64,000 bases of DNA from Elsinoe ampelina (lineage: Eukaryota): contig ML992517.1 in the NCBI GenBank assembly GCA_010093995.1, positions 138,677 to 202,676 on the forward strand. The letters run 5' to 3'. Positions 50,263 to 64,000 of the stretch are shown here, piece after piece (position 1 is the stretch's first letter; every line of letters starts with the position of its first letter). A model generated the notes under the pieces. It ran no database searches. It was not told where the DNA came from and was given only the letters and a program-made list of their open reading frames with translations. The position numbers were made by a program, and so were the translations under genes.

Positions 50263-51844
50263 ATGGCACAGGTCGTGCTGTCCTCCATCGGGCTGGCTTT
50301 CATCGGTGGGTTGGGCTTTGTCTTGTTTCGCATTGTACAGAACATCTTCTTCCACCCGCTGTCGAGATCCCCTGGCCCGTTACTTGCAAGAATCACCAAC
50401 CTTTGGGCTGTCTGGCATGGCTGGCGAGGCGACCTTGCTCACACCCTCGCCGTGTTACATACCAAGCATGGTCAGTTGCATCCTAGAATCACGTCACAGA
50501 ATTTGATGTATGATAGGTGAATTTGTGCGGTTCGGTCCCAATCGACTGTCGATAAACTCCTCCGAAGCTCTAGAGAAAATCTATGGTTTCAAGGCGAATA
50601 CGCTGAAGTCGAAGCAATGGTATCTCAACTTCGCCGCTGATCCCCGACATCCGGCGACCAATACTGAAGTCGACCCGGCTCAGCACAAACGAAAGCGGGC
50701 ATTCCTGAACAAGGGCTTCACCAGTACCAACATGAAGCTTCTGGAGCCCAAGATTCTGGACGTGGTCGAGAATTGGAAACGACACTGTATAGTGCCAAAG
50801 AATGTTGATGGGTCTGAGAAGGACGATGGCTGGTCAACGCCACGAGATATGGCCAACTGGTCAGTCTACTTGACTAACGATGTCATGGGAGCCGTCGTCT
50901 TCAGCAAGTCCTTCCAGCTCTCGGAGAATGAAGAGCATAGGTGGCTGGCCAAAGCTGTTCCACTATCAACCCGCTCCAAGTACGCAGGCTGTTTCGCCCC
51001 TTGGCTGATCACGAACAAGCTTGACCGATTCCTCTATCCATCCTTGACGTCTTGGCGGCTGAAGCTGCGGGCCTTTAGTATGGACCAGCTCAATGCCAGA
51101 GTCACACGAAAGGACGACAAGTCGCTACACGACTTCTTCAGATACCTCCTCGACGCCCGAGACCCTGACACGAATGAGCCTCTCGACGCTCGTACCCTTG
51201 GATCTGAGTCAAACCTTCTTGTAGGGGCAGGTGGCGACACCACTTCCACCGCCATAGCCGGAACATTCTTCTTCCTCTGCCAAAATGGAGGCCCACTTGC
51301 CACGTTGAAGGCGGAGCTGCACGAACGCTTCTCATCCGTGGATGATATTGTGCCTGGACCAGCTCTGGATGACTGCAAATACCTCCGTGCTTGCATCGAC
51401 GAGGCCATGCGTCTTGCACCCCCTGCCCCTTCGCCGCTGATGCGGGAGGTGCAGGGGGGTGGCTTGACGATACACGATCAGCATCTTCCGCCAGGCACAG
51501 AAGTTGCCGTCACCACCTTTGCCCTGCATCGGCATCCGGAGCACTTTCCCGACCCACTCAAGTACAAGCCTGAGCGCTGGATTCCATCTCTCAGCTCGGA
51601 AGAGGAAACGAAGAAAGCAAAGGAGGCATTCGCTCCGTTCTCGATGGGGCCAAGGCAGTGTATCGGCATGAGGCTGGCTTACTTGGAAGCTATGGTCACG
51701 ATCGGACGGGTTGTGTTTGAGTATGAGATCAGGTCGGCGAAGGGGATGGAGAAGGTGGGTGAGGACAAGGACGGGTTGTACGAGCTACTGGATAGCTTCG
51801 GGACGGAGAAGAAAGGGCCGTGGGTGGAGTTCAAGAGGCGATGA
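50263..51844 (+). CDS. Cytochrome P450 monooxygenase
   Basis: N-terminal anchor and PGP, AGGDTT, EAMR, PERW, FSMGPRQCIG heme motif; intron ~50471-50516. Confidence 0.95.
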
Positions 51845-52331
51845 GTGTAATGGATACCCCGTGGTAGATTTTACATCAGGTACTCAGGGCGTCGTCCACT
51901 AATCTACATCCGCACCACTGAGGAGTGGAGTGATGAAGAGGTACGTTTCTGTCGCAGCCATGTGGTCTGGGTGAAAAGGCTAATTGAACGCCAACAGAAC
52001 CAGTAAAGTGAGCCGTACAGCGAATACATCATCTCACTCGATTTTCATAAGCTGGAATACTTCGAAGGTCCTCGTCACCAACCCGACGTCCCCTCCTGAG
52101 GTGGTTTCTGCTGCCGTGCATATGTATCGAGGATGAGGTGGGCCAAAATGTCCCAGCTAGATGGTCTGAAGGGCGGCAGATCCCGCCACCTTCCACGAGA
52201 GCTTACTTACCACATCTGAAATCTTCCTGCTTCGCTCCACTTTGTGAATCAATCGGATCTGCCATTCCACCACATGCCCACTATCTACGATCCTCTCTAA
52301 GACAGACCAATCGCAAGAATGGACTCGGAAG

Positions 52332-52945
52332 ATGAAACCAACGAGATCATGCAAGAGTCTACCGGCTACCCTCGAGATGCTGCACACGACATTCAACGCA
52401 CCTCATCCTGTGCTCAAGGCATACCATGTGACAAAGTCAAATCTTCGCGCCGCTGCCAAGATGCCTGCCTCCGAGAAGCCAGAGGACGAAGTCAGGAGAT
52501 TGAGAGTCCTTGTCAGCAAGATGGAGAAGGAATTCATGCAACATGAAATCGACCTGGTGTGTGTGTCATTCAACGAGAAGAGCTTAGCGAGTATCAGCGT
52601 ACGAGGAATAAGAAGTGACAGAACCGTCAACGTCTAGCTGAAGAGCGCCTTCGAGAGAGTCATCGCCTCGAAGAGCATGGTCTTCGAGAACGCCACCGGC
52701 TTGAAAAGGAGAACCTTCGGGCACGTCAGCGTTCCGACGTGGCCAAGCTTCAAGAAAGCCATCGTCTTCGGCACGAGAAGCTCAACGAAAGAAACCCCGG
52801 CGGTGACGAAGCTTTTGTGATGGGACGGGAGGTGCATGATTATAGGAAAAGGAATGGTTGGTACGAAGACTACAAAGACATCATGAGGACATATGGAGGA
52901 GATCCACGAGTCAAGAAGCGGAAGCGTGCCTCGGATGACAAATGA
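52332..52945 (+). CDS. Hypothetical coiled-coil protein with C-terminal basic cluster (two exons)
   Basis: Intron 52557-52621 (GTGTGT..CAG) joins ..HEIDL to NRQRLAEERLRESHRLEE..KKRKRASDDK; start may be 52332 or 52461. Confidence 0.45.
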
Positions 52946-53522
52946 GTGAGAATCTTACTACTGCCATCTCGTTCTATCCCCCAGTCCACTGACCTTGAGC
53001 AGGCGGACCATGTCATCCTTACATTCCGAAACCATCAGGGCAGACTATGGATCACGAGCGCTAGTCAAAGCCGACCAACCCCAACCCACAGAACAAGGCA
53101 CGGCTGGGGCATGTCATCGATCACGACGGATGGGTCCTAGCAGAGAAACGATTGCTTCTCCGCAGGAGAGGAGACGCATGTTGTCCGTGAGGGTTCCGTC
53201 CAGAATCAGCACATACATCAGACATGGTGCGGCACGAGACGATTTATGAGTACCAAAAGACAAGCATACCCAATACAATGGATTATGAGACAGATCATCA
53301 GATGACTAAGCATACAATTGCCAGAGCGAATGCAACGGTGTCGACCTCTCGATATAACAACCTCATGAAGGAGCACTACGTTCATGGAAGCCTCACAAGC
53401 CCGAAGATCTCTGCTATGAGTTCGCTCCTACCAGCTCGCAGTCTCAAGCCCATTCTGACTTTCCACCCTACCTTTCTTCCCCTCAAGGACTCTACCACGA
53501 CCATCTCCACCGCCCCATCATC

Positions 53523-54331
53523 TCACACCTCCTTCCCTCTCCAAGCCTGAAACTCCTCCAACCTCCTCCTCTGCCTCCCCTCCTCGTCAAAATTCCCCTC
53601 CCCCAACCACCCCTCCATCGCCTCCCTCACTCCCCTCCAATCCTCATCAACCATCGCATACCAATCCGTATCCCTACTCCTCCCCTTGATAATCATATGC
53701 TTCCTAAACCTCCCCTCAAATCTAAACCCATACCGCTCCGCAGCCCGTTTACTAGGCGCATTCAAGGAATTGCACTTCCACTCGAAGCGCCGGAAGCCTA
53801 GATCGTCGAACACGTGCCGCGCGAGGAGGTAGATCACCTCCGTCGCTGCAGCGGTCCGTTGCAGCGCGGGGGAGAAGAGGATGCTGCCTACTTCTATGCT
53901 GCGGTGGGGGAGGTCCATGCGCATGAGGGAGAGGAAACCGAGGGCTTCTTCATCGTGTGGGTCGGTGGGGTGGGGGCGGCAGATGGAGAAGGTCCAGGGG
54001 TTGGTGGTGGTGCGTTTCCGGGTGAGGGCGGTCTCGAGGGAGAGGATATTGGGGTAAGGGGCGTCGAATAGGTAGTCGAAAAGGGAGGCGGAATTGGGGC
54101 CGGAGATGTGGGGGAAGAGGGTGGCGGCGTCGGTGGGGGAGGTGGCGCGGAGGGTCACGTGTTTGCCGGTGAGGATGGTGTCGTAGGAGGGGACTGTAGC
54201 GGAGTTGACTGGGACTATGGGTCCCAGGGGGTTGGTGGTGGGAGCTCTGGCTTATGTCAGAAGCGTACGGGAATGGTGCCGGAATTCACTTGCGTTGTCT
54301 TGTGGTTCCGGGTATCGATGGAGGCACTCAT
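53523..54331 (-). CDS. GNAT acetyltransferase, RimJ/RimL type
   Basis: SIEVGSILFSPALQRT..TE, LGFRRFEWKCNSLNAPS..AA.RYGF.FEG.FRKHMIIKGRSRDTDW; the 5' exon (ATG 54331) junction is ambiguous. Confidence 0.9.
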
Positions 54332-54600
54332 TTCGATGTCCGTTGGAGGGGTTGATATAAAGTTGTTGAGACTATTTTGCCAGCGGAATTTCTCTGTTCA
54401 TGGTTCAAATAAGCAAAACATGTAGCGGGCCCTCGTGAGAGACTTCGTAGATCCGCACGATATAATTCATTTATGTATCAAGGTTCGTAATTTGGGACAT
54501 GGCGGCGTCAAGATTCAGAATTGACGCTTTCTTGTCCTACTCCTTGTATATGGGATGTGATTGCTGCCTCTCTAGCAGCGCCCTTCCACCCCTCTATAAC

Positions 54601-54681
54601 AACTACCAGGTCCCGATCCCAACTACCAGGTCCCGATACCAGCTACCAGATCCCGATACCAACTACCAGATCCTGACAACC
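54601..54681 (+). repeat. 20-bp minisatellite x4
   Basis: aactaccaggtcccgatccc / aactaccaggtcccgatacc / agctaccagatcccgatacc / aactaccagatcctgacaac. Confidence 0.92.
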
Positions 54682-54747
54682 GAACCGCGCAGGATTTACT
54701 CGTCTACGCCATCCTGGTAGGACCAACACAAACCTCGGACTGAGAAC

Positions 54748-55110
54748 ATGGGCGACCAGGACGATTCTGTTAACACTCCGCCCTACCGATTCAGCCCACC
54801 TCGACAGGACGGCTGTCCATTTTACCCCCAACCTACTGTTCCATGGCCGCACACTCGAGCGACCGCCTGCAGGAAATGTAAATGCAGGACATGTAGCGTA
54901 AAGGAAGCTGAGAACAACCGCCAATCAGAATTCATGACCGAGATGCAGGAGCTTGGCGGTGTAGAAGAGATAGAGTACCTGAGACGCCTTGTTCGGTTTC
55001 AATCACTTAGCTTGATCATGGCGGCTATCGTGCTATGCATCGCACTTGCAGTGATATACTGTACCGTGGTACATGGGCCGGTGTCTGTGAGGGATGGTGG
55101 ACCATTGTAA
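54748..55110 (+). CDS. Small hypothetical protein with a CxxCxCxxC motif and C-terminal transmembrane helix
   Basis: 120-aa ATG ORF; CRKCKCRTC; hydrophobic LSLIMAAIVLCIALAVIY. Confidence 0.45.
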   Translation: MGDQDDSVNTPPYRFSPPRQDGCPFYPQPTVPWPHTRATACRKCKCRTCSVKEAENNRQSEFMTEMQELGGVEEIEYLRRLVRFQSLSLIMAAIVLCIALAVIYCTVVHGPVSVRDGGPL

Positions 55111-55384
55111 GGTCAAGGATTGGAGAAAGCTTGTTGTTTAGCCAGATTTTTGGAGATCGACATCAGCACAATGATACTCCCAGGTCCAGCAAAGAAAAGA
55201 CCCAATTCTGTATCCCTATATCGAGCTGGTGATTGTAAGTTAGTGTGGAGGTGGAAAATAAAAGAATGGAGGCTGACCATCTGGCCGAAGAAGATGCCGA
55301 GGTCGGCGCGGTCCGACACGTGACCTGAGAATATCAGACAATTGCTCCAAGCCTCCCGTCGTTCTACCATCTCGCATAATCGCG

Positions 55385-56716
55385 ATGAATTCCAACTCAT
55401 TCTCGCGGTGCTTCTCGGCATCGAAAGGAAGCTCTGTGGCACATCTTCGACGCGCAGCACCTCGCTTACGCCAGCAACATGGTCGACCAAGAGCTAGGTG
55501 GTACTCGGAGCAAGGCCCTGAACCAGGACGCCCTCCGCATCTGCAGAAGAACAAGGTGGTTGCCCCAAAGACAAGGATCGCCATCGGGATAGTGTTCTGC
55601 GGCACTCTCATCTACTCAATGGTATGACTATCCACATTGCACCTCGAGCTTCCCATACTATTTCACGCGGCATTCAAAGCAGCTTCTCACTAACGCCAGC
55701 GATCAGGCAACGTCAAAACCGAACCCTCCAGTGTTGCCGAGCGAGACAGCTTGAACAAGCGAGAATCTGGGATCACCGCGAGCTCCCCGATGAGGCTGCG
55801 TATGGAAGCCCTGATAAAGAGCAAGCAAGAAGAAATTGTCAATGCCATTTCTGCAGTAGACGGGACGAAATTCCAGATCGACCGCTGGGACCGGCCGAAT
55901 GGAGGCGGAGGCATCACATGTGTTCTGCAAGATGGGAATGTCTTTGAAAAAGCCGGTGTCAATACCTCGATCGTCTATGGAAGCCTCCCCCGAGCAGCGA
56001 TCCAAAAAATGCGGGTCAATCACAAAGCCCTCGACCCGGATGTCGAGAGCCTCGAGTTCTTCGCCGCCGGGCTCTCCCTTGTCCTTCATCCCAAGAACCC
56101 AATGTGCCCCACAGTACATCTCAACTATCGCTACTTCGAGACAATGCACAACGATGGCACGCCGAACGCCTGGTGGTTTGGCGGGGGGACCGACTTGACC
56201 CCGACCTACCTGTTCGATGAGGATGTCATACACTTCCACCGCACGATCAAGGATGCATGCGACAAGCATGACAAAGACTACTACTCCCGTTTCAAGAAGT
56301 GGTGCGATGAATACTTCTACGTCAAACACAGGAACGAGTCCCGAGGTGTGGGAGGGATATTCTTCGACGACCTCGACGAGCAAGAAAAAGACCAAGAGTC
56401 CCTGTTCAGCTTCGTACAAGAATGTGCGGACGCCTTCCTGCCGAGCTACCTCCCAATTCTCGACAAGCGGAAAGACATGCCGTACACAGAGAAGGAGAAG
56501 GAGTGGCAGCAGCTTAGAAGAGGGCGGTATGTGGAGTTCAATCTGGTGCACGATCGGGGGACAAGCTTCGGGCTGAACACACCGGGTGCCAGGATAGAGA
56601 GCATTCTCATGTCGCTACCTCTGACCGCGCGGTGGGAGTACATGCATGCTCCGGAGAAGGGAAGCAGGGAGGAGCGCATCTTGAGTGTGTTGAGGAAGCC
56701 GGCTGAGTGGGTGTGA
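55385..56716 (+). CDS. HEM13: Oxygen-dependent coproporphyrinogen III oxidase
   Basis: [58 protein letters not shown]; exon 1 55385-55621, intron 55622-55699. Confidence 0.96.
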
Positions 56717-56895
56717 ATTGCCTTACAAAACAAATGATGATATAGCGGGGCCCTGTATAGAAAAGCATTGCGGTCTTGTCAAAACATAAGGTTCATAAAC
56801 GCTACATCTTTTTTGTACTGAGATAACTGAATGATGAGAATCATAAATTGGTAAACATTGTTTTCGTGTTCTTGATGCCCTCGTGTATGTCAGAT

Positions 56896-58654
<1,759 letters not shown>

Positions 58655-59473
58655 TTAACAAGATAGCTCTCGACAAGTAAACAATGAGATCAGAGGAAGA
58701 GAAGAAACCCTGCAGCAGATCTGAGGGTAAATAAATGGAGCGAGCTTTAGCTTCTGGTTGACGCTAATCAAAATGGCGTGCTCGTCAGTGCGCCTCAATG
58801 CGATGGCGGCGACGAGAGCATTTCAGCGATGCCGGAGAGTCAATTGCAATTTTCAGACAGTCCTTCTGTCCGTAATGGCTTTCTCCCGATGACTGTGTAC
58901 TTTTCTAGCGGTTTGGCACTTGTCTAAGGTTACGCATGTCGTTGTCCCGGCGTATCCCCGCATGTGAGGACAATTTTCACCATGTCCATTTTGGGAAGGT
59001 GGGGTCGAACAAAGCGGAGGGAGGTCGTTCAGATTCTCCGCGAGGCAGCTCAAAGATTCTTGTCTGGCTCTCAATTCATGAAGGACCTGACTACACTAGA
59101 TCAGAGTACTGTCATGGTAAGATTGTCATTCGATCAGGATGATGAAAGCATGGAGAGATGCGGCTTCGTGCGAAGCAGCGGGGTTCATCTCCGCTCTTGG
59201 CGGGCGGAGCACTCGCAGCTGTCCCTTGCGTGCTCTTCAGCTATTCGCACCGAACTAGATCCGTGACACCTCCATGAGGTGCATTGCTCATCTGTCGCGA
59301 TCGTGTCGTCAATTCAAGCTCGAGTCCACTTGTACTTATCGTGCTCGGCACGGACAATCTCCACACTTCGGGCAAAATCACCTGTGTCTGCCAAACGCCG
59401 TAAAGCATACCCTGCCCCGCTGTATACCTTCTCCACATCGTTGCATAGATCGTTGCCCAGTCAGTCCCTCAGC

Positions 59474-62431
59474 ATGGCAGGCGAACGAGAAGTCTTGCCT
59501 TCGACAATCAAGCCGTCCAACTACAATCTCTCTCTGTACGACCTTGAGCTTGGAGGAGCATGGAGCTATCAAGGGACGGTCAAGATCGACGCCGAAATCA
59601 AGGCTGAGACGAAAGAGATTGTACTCAATGCAAACAAGCTCAACATTCACGGCGCAGAGGTGCAGACAGAAGCTGGGAAGACAGAGGGCTCGATAAAGAC
59701 GAACGATGTCACGTACGACGAGAAGAAGCAAAGGGCGACGCTACACTTTGATCAGGCAATCCCGCAAGCTCACAAGGCGTTGATCACGATCACATTCCAA
59801 GGAACGAACAACAATGACATGGCTGGCTTCTATCGTAGCCGCTACAATGGCGATCAGCACATGTTCTCGACACAATTCGAGTCCTCGGATGCGCGCCGTG
59901 CCTTCCCTTGTTTCGACGAGCCAGCTCTTAAAGCCTCCTTGGAATTTGAGATCGAGGTCCCTGAGAACCTGACCGCACTGTCAAATATGCCCGAGAAGGA
60001 GATCAGAAAGAGCAAGAAGCCAGGCCTCAAGGTCGTGGTCTTTGATAAATCGCCAATCATGAGCACGTACCTGTTCGCTTGGGCTCTCGGGGACTTCGAG
60101 TACATTGAAGACTTTACGAAGAGGAAGTACAACGGCAAGCATCTGCCTGTCCGAGTTTACACGACGAAGGGTCTGGTCGATCAGGGGAAATTGGCGCTGG
60201 ATGCAGCTCATAAAATTGTTGATTTCTTCAGCGAGGTGAGCTCACACGACCCAATTTCCGTAGACCATTCACTGACCAGACTCAGACATTTGCGATCGAT
60301 TACCCCCTTCCCAAGGTTGATCTGCTCGCCGTTCATGAGTTTGTATGTTGACCCCTCGCGAGCTATTGTCCTGGCTGATCTCTAGCCAATCATGAGTCTC
60401 CCCGTGTTTCCATTCAAGCCTGCTCGAATTATCCACAGGATGAGACTGATCAGTGTTTTTAGTCACACGGAGCCATGGAGAATTGGGGTTTGATCACTTA
60501 CAGGTATGGATTTCTGTGTTCGGTCCGAGCTCCCTTTCAGGTTGCAAGTCAAACTTCAACCCCTTGCCCGCGATTTTTTATTTCCACAACCTCTCAGCCC
60601 CCGTTCCTCTACCCGATTCTTCTCTGACTATGATAGGACGACCGCTCTACTCTTCGATCCCGAGAAGTCGTCGGCGTCGTACAGGACCCGCGTGACCTAC
60701 GTGGTGGCCCACGAGCTTGCTCACATGTGGTTCGGCAACCTTGTCAGTCCTGCTTTCTGGGACTTTCTGTGGCTCAACGAGGGCTTCGCTACCTGGGTCG
60801 GTTGGTATGCCGTCGATTGGCTCCACCCTGAGTGGAACGTGTGGGCGGCCTTCGTACATGAGGGGCAGCAAACGGCCTTCGGCCTCGATGCCTTGAAGAA
60901 CACGCACGCCGTTGAGGTTCAGGTCTTAAATGCGTTAGAGGTAGATCAGATCTTTGACGCCATCAGTTATCTGAAGGGGTCCAGTGTCATCAGAATGCTG
61001 GCCAACCACTTGACGCCCAAGGTTTTTCTAGCAGGGGTTTCTGATTATCTCTCAACGCACAAGTACGGCAACACTGTCACAGAGGATCTCTGGAAGGCGT
61101 TGAGTGAGCGATCTGGCCAAGACGTCAATGCTTTCATGGATTCCTGGATCAAGAAAATCGGATTCCCTGTCCTCACGGTCGTCGAAGAACCCGGCCAGAT
61201 CTCCGTGAAGCAATCTCGATTCCTGAGCTCTGGAGGCGTAAAGCCGGAAGAAGACACGACGACATGGTGGATCCCTCTCGGTATCAAGTCGGGAGCGAAG
61301 AATGGGCAAGTGCAAACTTCTTCGCTGACCTCGAAGCAAGAAGTTCTCCGCGGTATTGATGAGGAATTCTACAAGCTCAATGCGAACCAAACAGGTTTCT
61401 ACCGCACAAACCTACCGCCTCAACGGTTGACAAGCCTGAGCAAACATCTGGACAAGCTTTCTGTCGAAGACAAGATTGGTCTGATCGGTGATGCAGCCGC
61501 ACTTGCGGTCTCGGGAGATGCAACAACAGCCGGTGTCCTATCCTTCCTAGAGGGCTTTGACAAAGAGACGAACTACATGTAAGCTCGCAACGTCTCCGAT
61601 CCTAGATCATGCTGATATTCAGGTAGTGTTTGGTCAGAGGTACTTTCTGCGCTCGGGAACATTCGCAGCATTTTTGCGGATGATGAGGCCATCTCGAACG
61701 GCCTTCGAACCTTCACACTCAAGCTCATCTCGCCCGCTACGGAGAAGATCGGCTGGACTTTCGAATCAAACGAAGACTACCTCACCGGCCAGCTTCGAGC
61801 TCTTTTGATCTCAAGTGCTGGTCTGGCCGGCCATGAGTCGACTGTCAAGGAGGCTCAGAAGCGCTTCGACGCCTACTTCTCCGGTGACAAGAACGCCATT
61901 CATCCCTCTTTGCGCCTGCCTGTCTTTAAGATCGCCGTCAAGAACGGCGCCAAGGACGCCTACCTCAAAGTCCGGAAGGAGTACGAATCGACCACTAGCG
62001 TTGACGGCAAGGAGATCACCCTCGCCGCCATGGGCCGTGTCGCCACAACAGACCTCGCACGTGACTACCTAGAATGGTCCTTCAGCGGCGCAGTCGCCAC
62101 ACAAGATCTGCACACGCCGGCTCGTGCACTCGCGCTCAACTCGGCGGTCCGAGGAGAAGTTTGGACCTTCATCAAGAAGAACTGGCCCACGATTTTTGAG
62201 AAGCTCAGTGGGAACATGGTAGTATTGGAGCGGTATCTCAGAATGAGCTTGACGAAGTATGCAAGTTTTGAGATCGAGAAGGACATTGAGAACTTCTTCA
62301 AGGACAAAGACCAAAAGGGCTTTGACAGGGGGCTGAGCGTTGCGTCGGATACGATCAAGGGGCTAGCAGGGTATAGGGAGCGAGATGGAGAAGTGATCAA
62401 GGAGTGGCTGGAAGCCAGAGGCTACAAATAG
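59474..62431 (+). CDS. APE2: M1-family (puromycin-sensitive/Ape2-like) aminopeptidase
   Basis: TQFESSDARRAFPCFDEP, GAMENWG, HELAH..WLNEGFA, YLKG; introns 60236-60285, 60343-60462, 60504-60636 and 61579-61626. Confidence 0.93.
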
Positions 62432-62591
62432 GTGAATGACCAGAGAAGAGGCGAAGGCGGGCATTCAGACTATCAAAGCGCACTGTGGTTGCGCTGACAT
62501 CAGCAAGGTGTCGAAGATCAAAGCCATCTCCAAATCCCATGCTGCGAAGCTCTTGTCGATCCGATCTTTGCTCGATGTCTCTCAATCAGAT

Positions 62592-63366
62592 TCAGTACAT
62601 CGTAGGGTCACTCTTGTTCTTGTTGTCCTCATCGTCATCACGGATAGGTCGAGCAGAACGTTTGTACTTCCCGCCCCTCTTCTTCCCCTTCCTCTGCTTC
62701 TTTGACTCAGCCCGGCGGTCGTCTTCGGCGAATTCCTAGTGATCGAGCTTGGACGACTTGTCGGCTTTGCCCACCCATGGATCAGTTGATGTGAGAGGAC
62801 ACTTGTACTGGAGCTGGTCGGATTGGGAGCGGGTTCTGTCGTACGTGGAAGCGGCGGTGGGATCCTCCCTGATGCTGGAGTTGATAGGGTCTGCCGCCGT
62901 GGGGCGTGCCGTAGTCCTCCGTTGACTCATCGTCCTGATCGGCCTCGTACTCCATGGCAGCGTTGATGCGGCGCTCGATCTCTTCCAGAGACTTGTCAAT
63001 ATCGTCGTACACAACTTCCGACTGGACCGTCTCCGGCCTCGTGGCACGAAGCTGAGGGGTGAGTCGTTTGACCAGAGTCACCAAATCTTTGATGATCTCT
63101 CCCTTGGACCTGACCTGCTCTTGCATCTGAAGCCTGTGCTTGGCCTCCTGCTCTTCTAGCAGTTTCTCATAGCGCTGATTGCCCACCATTCTCGTTTGCC
63201 ATTCCACGTGGCGCTCCGCCTTGTCTTCTTTCTTGGACTCAAAGTGCTTGTCATGTAGAGCCCGAAATTCCTGACGAAACAGCTCCTGTCGGCGGTACGG
63301 CTCTCTCTTCAAAACAACCACCTGCTGTTCTGGAGCGAGTGTTTTCAGCTCATCCATGGTCATCAT
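62592..63366 (-). CDS. Hypothetical charged/coiled-coil protein (probably two exons)
   Basis: 194-aa ATG ORF; a probable intron (~62737-62807) leads to acidic/basic tail EFAEDDRRAESKE..PTMY*. Confidence 0.5.
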
Positions 63367-64000
63367 CTTGGTTCCACGAAATTGAATGAGAGTGTATGTG
63401 AAAGAAGTCAGAAGAAAAAGTGGACGGGGAGAATAGAGCGCGAAGGTCGAGATGCGGCGCCGAGGAGGGCGGTGGAGCCTCCCGCGGCGATACGAATGTG
63501 CTTGTACTACCGAAACGCCTCTAGATCCAAAGTGCGGGACATGGGCTCATGGGAGTGGCCCCAGGCGATCAGTCGACGGGATGAACAATCTTAGTTGCTT
63601 TCCAAGTGCTTCTACAATCTTGCACCGTCCAAACTGCGAGGATGCGACATGGCGTTCGAAGAGACCGCATTTCCCACCAACTTGGAATCCGGACACCTCT
63701 TGCCAATTTCTCGAAGAGCTTGTTTTTGCAACATCGATCACTTTTGCAGGATCCAGCTGTCGAACGGCTTGCTGTGTAGTGGGAAAGTGAGGTCGGCAAG
63801 CTGCAGCCAAACGCGACAGTTTGAGAACTCCGTCCAGCCGAATCAGGAAAAGCGTGGCGCTTGTCTGGGATCCTCCCGCACACTTCTTCTGCTCCCTGCT
63901 GCATTAAACATCATCCCAGACCGACAAACGGCCATCCACGATCGCCATTCGTCAACTTATCTGTCGTTTGTAATGCGACTGGGAATTGAAGGCGTCGCAA

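Noticed and set aside
55703..56551. 282-aa antisense ORF over HEM13, and similar shadow ORFs over other genes
   Set aside because: Antisense shadows of codon-biased genes with no independent protein features.
60395..60410. tccccgtgtt complementary to 18S rRNA, suggesting an intronic snoRNA
   Set aside because: Only 10 nt; no convincing C/D boxes or second half of an H/ACA pocket.

Overview
Genomic DNA from a filamentous ascomycete (Pezizomycotina-type genes with short spliceosomal introns), in two sharply separated halves. Bases 1 to ~28,830 are an AT-rich, TpA-saturated block of RIP-mutated repeats with no intact ORFs. Reversing RIP by eye shows two tandem or nested related units of a large DNA element carrying an unknown gene, an SNF2-like helicase relic and a Plavaka-family transposase relic, followed by two BTB-like gene relics. 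Next comes a Ty1/copia relic interrupted by a full-length chromodomain Ty3/gypsy element with both LTRs. Bases ~28,830 to 64,000 are gene-dense: SREBP-type bHLH factor, frameshifted HSP20, RNase H1, DUF202 protein, PFK-2/FBPase-2, eIF2D/Tma64, PTH11-like receptor, Dal5-like MFS permease, cytochrome P450, GNAT, Hem13, Met17/CysD, M1 aminopeptidase and several hypothetical genes. The best novelty candidate is the Plavaka transposase plus SNF2 helicase composite element. Also notable are an apparently GA-AG intron in met17, several GC-AG introns, possible non-AUG N-terminal extensions and recurrent C-to-G strand-skew inversions. Family assignments come from motif recognition only; no searches were run, and boundaries in the RIP block are approximate.
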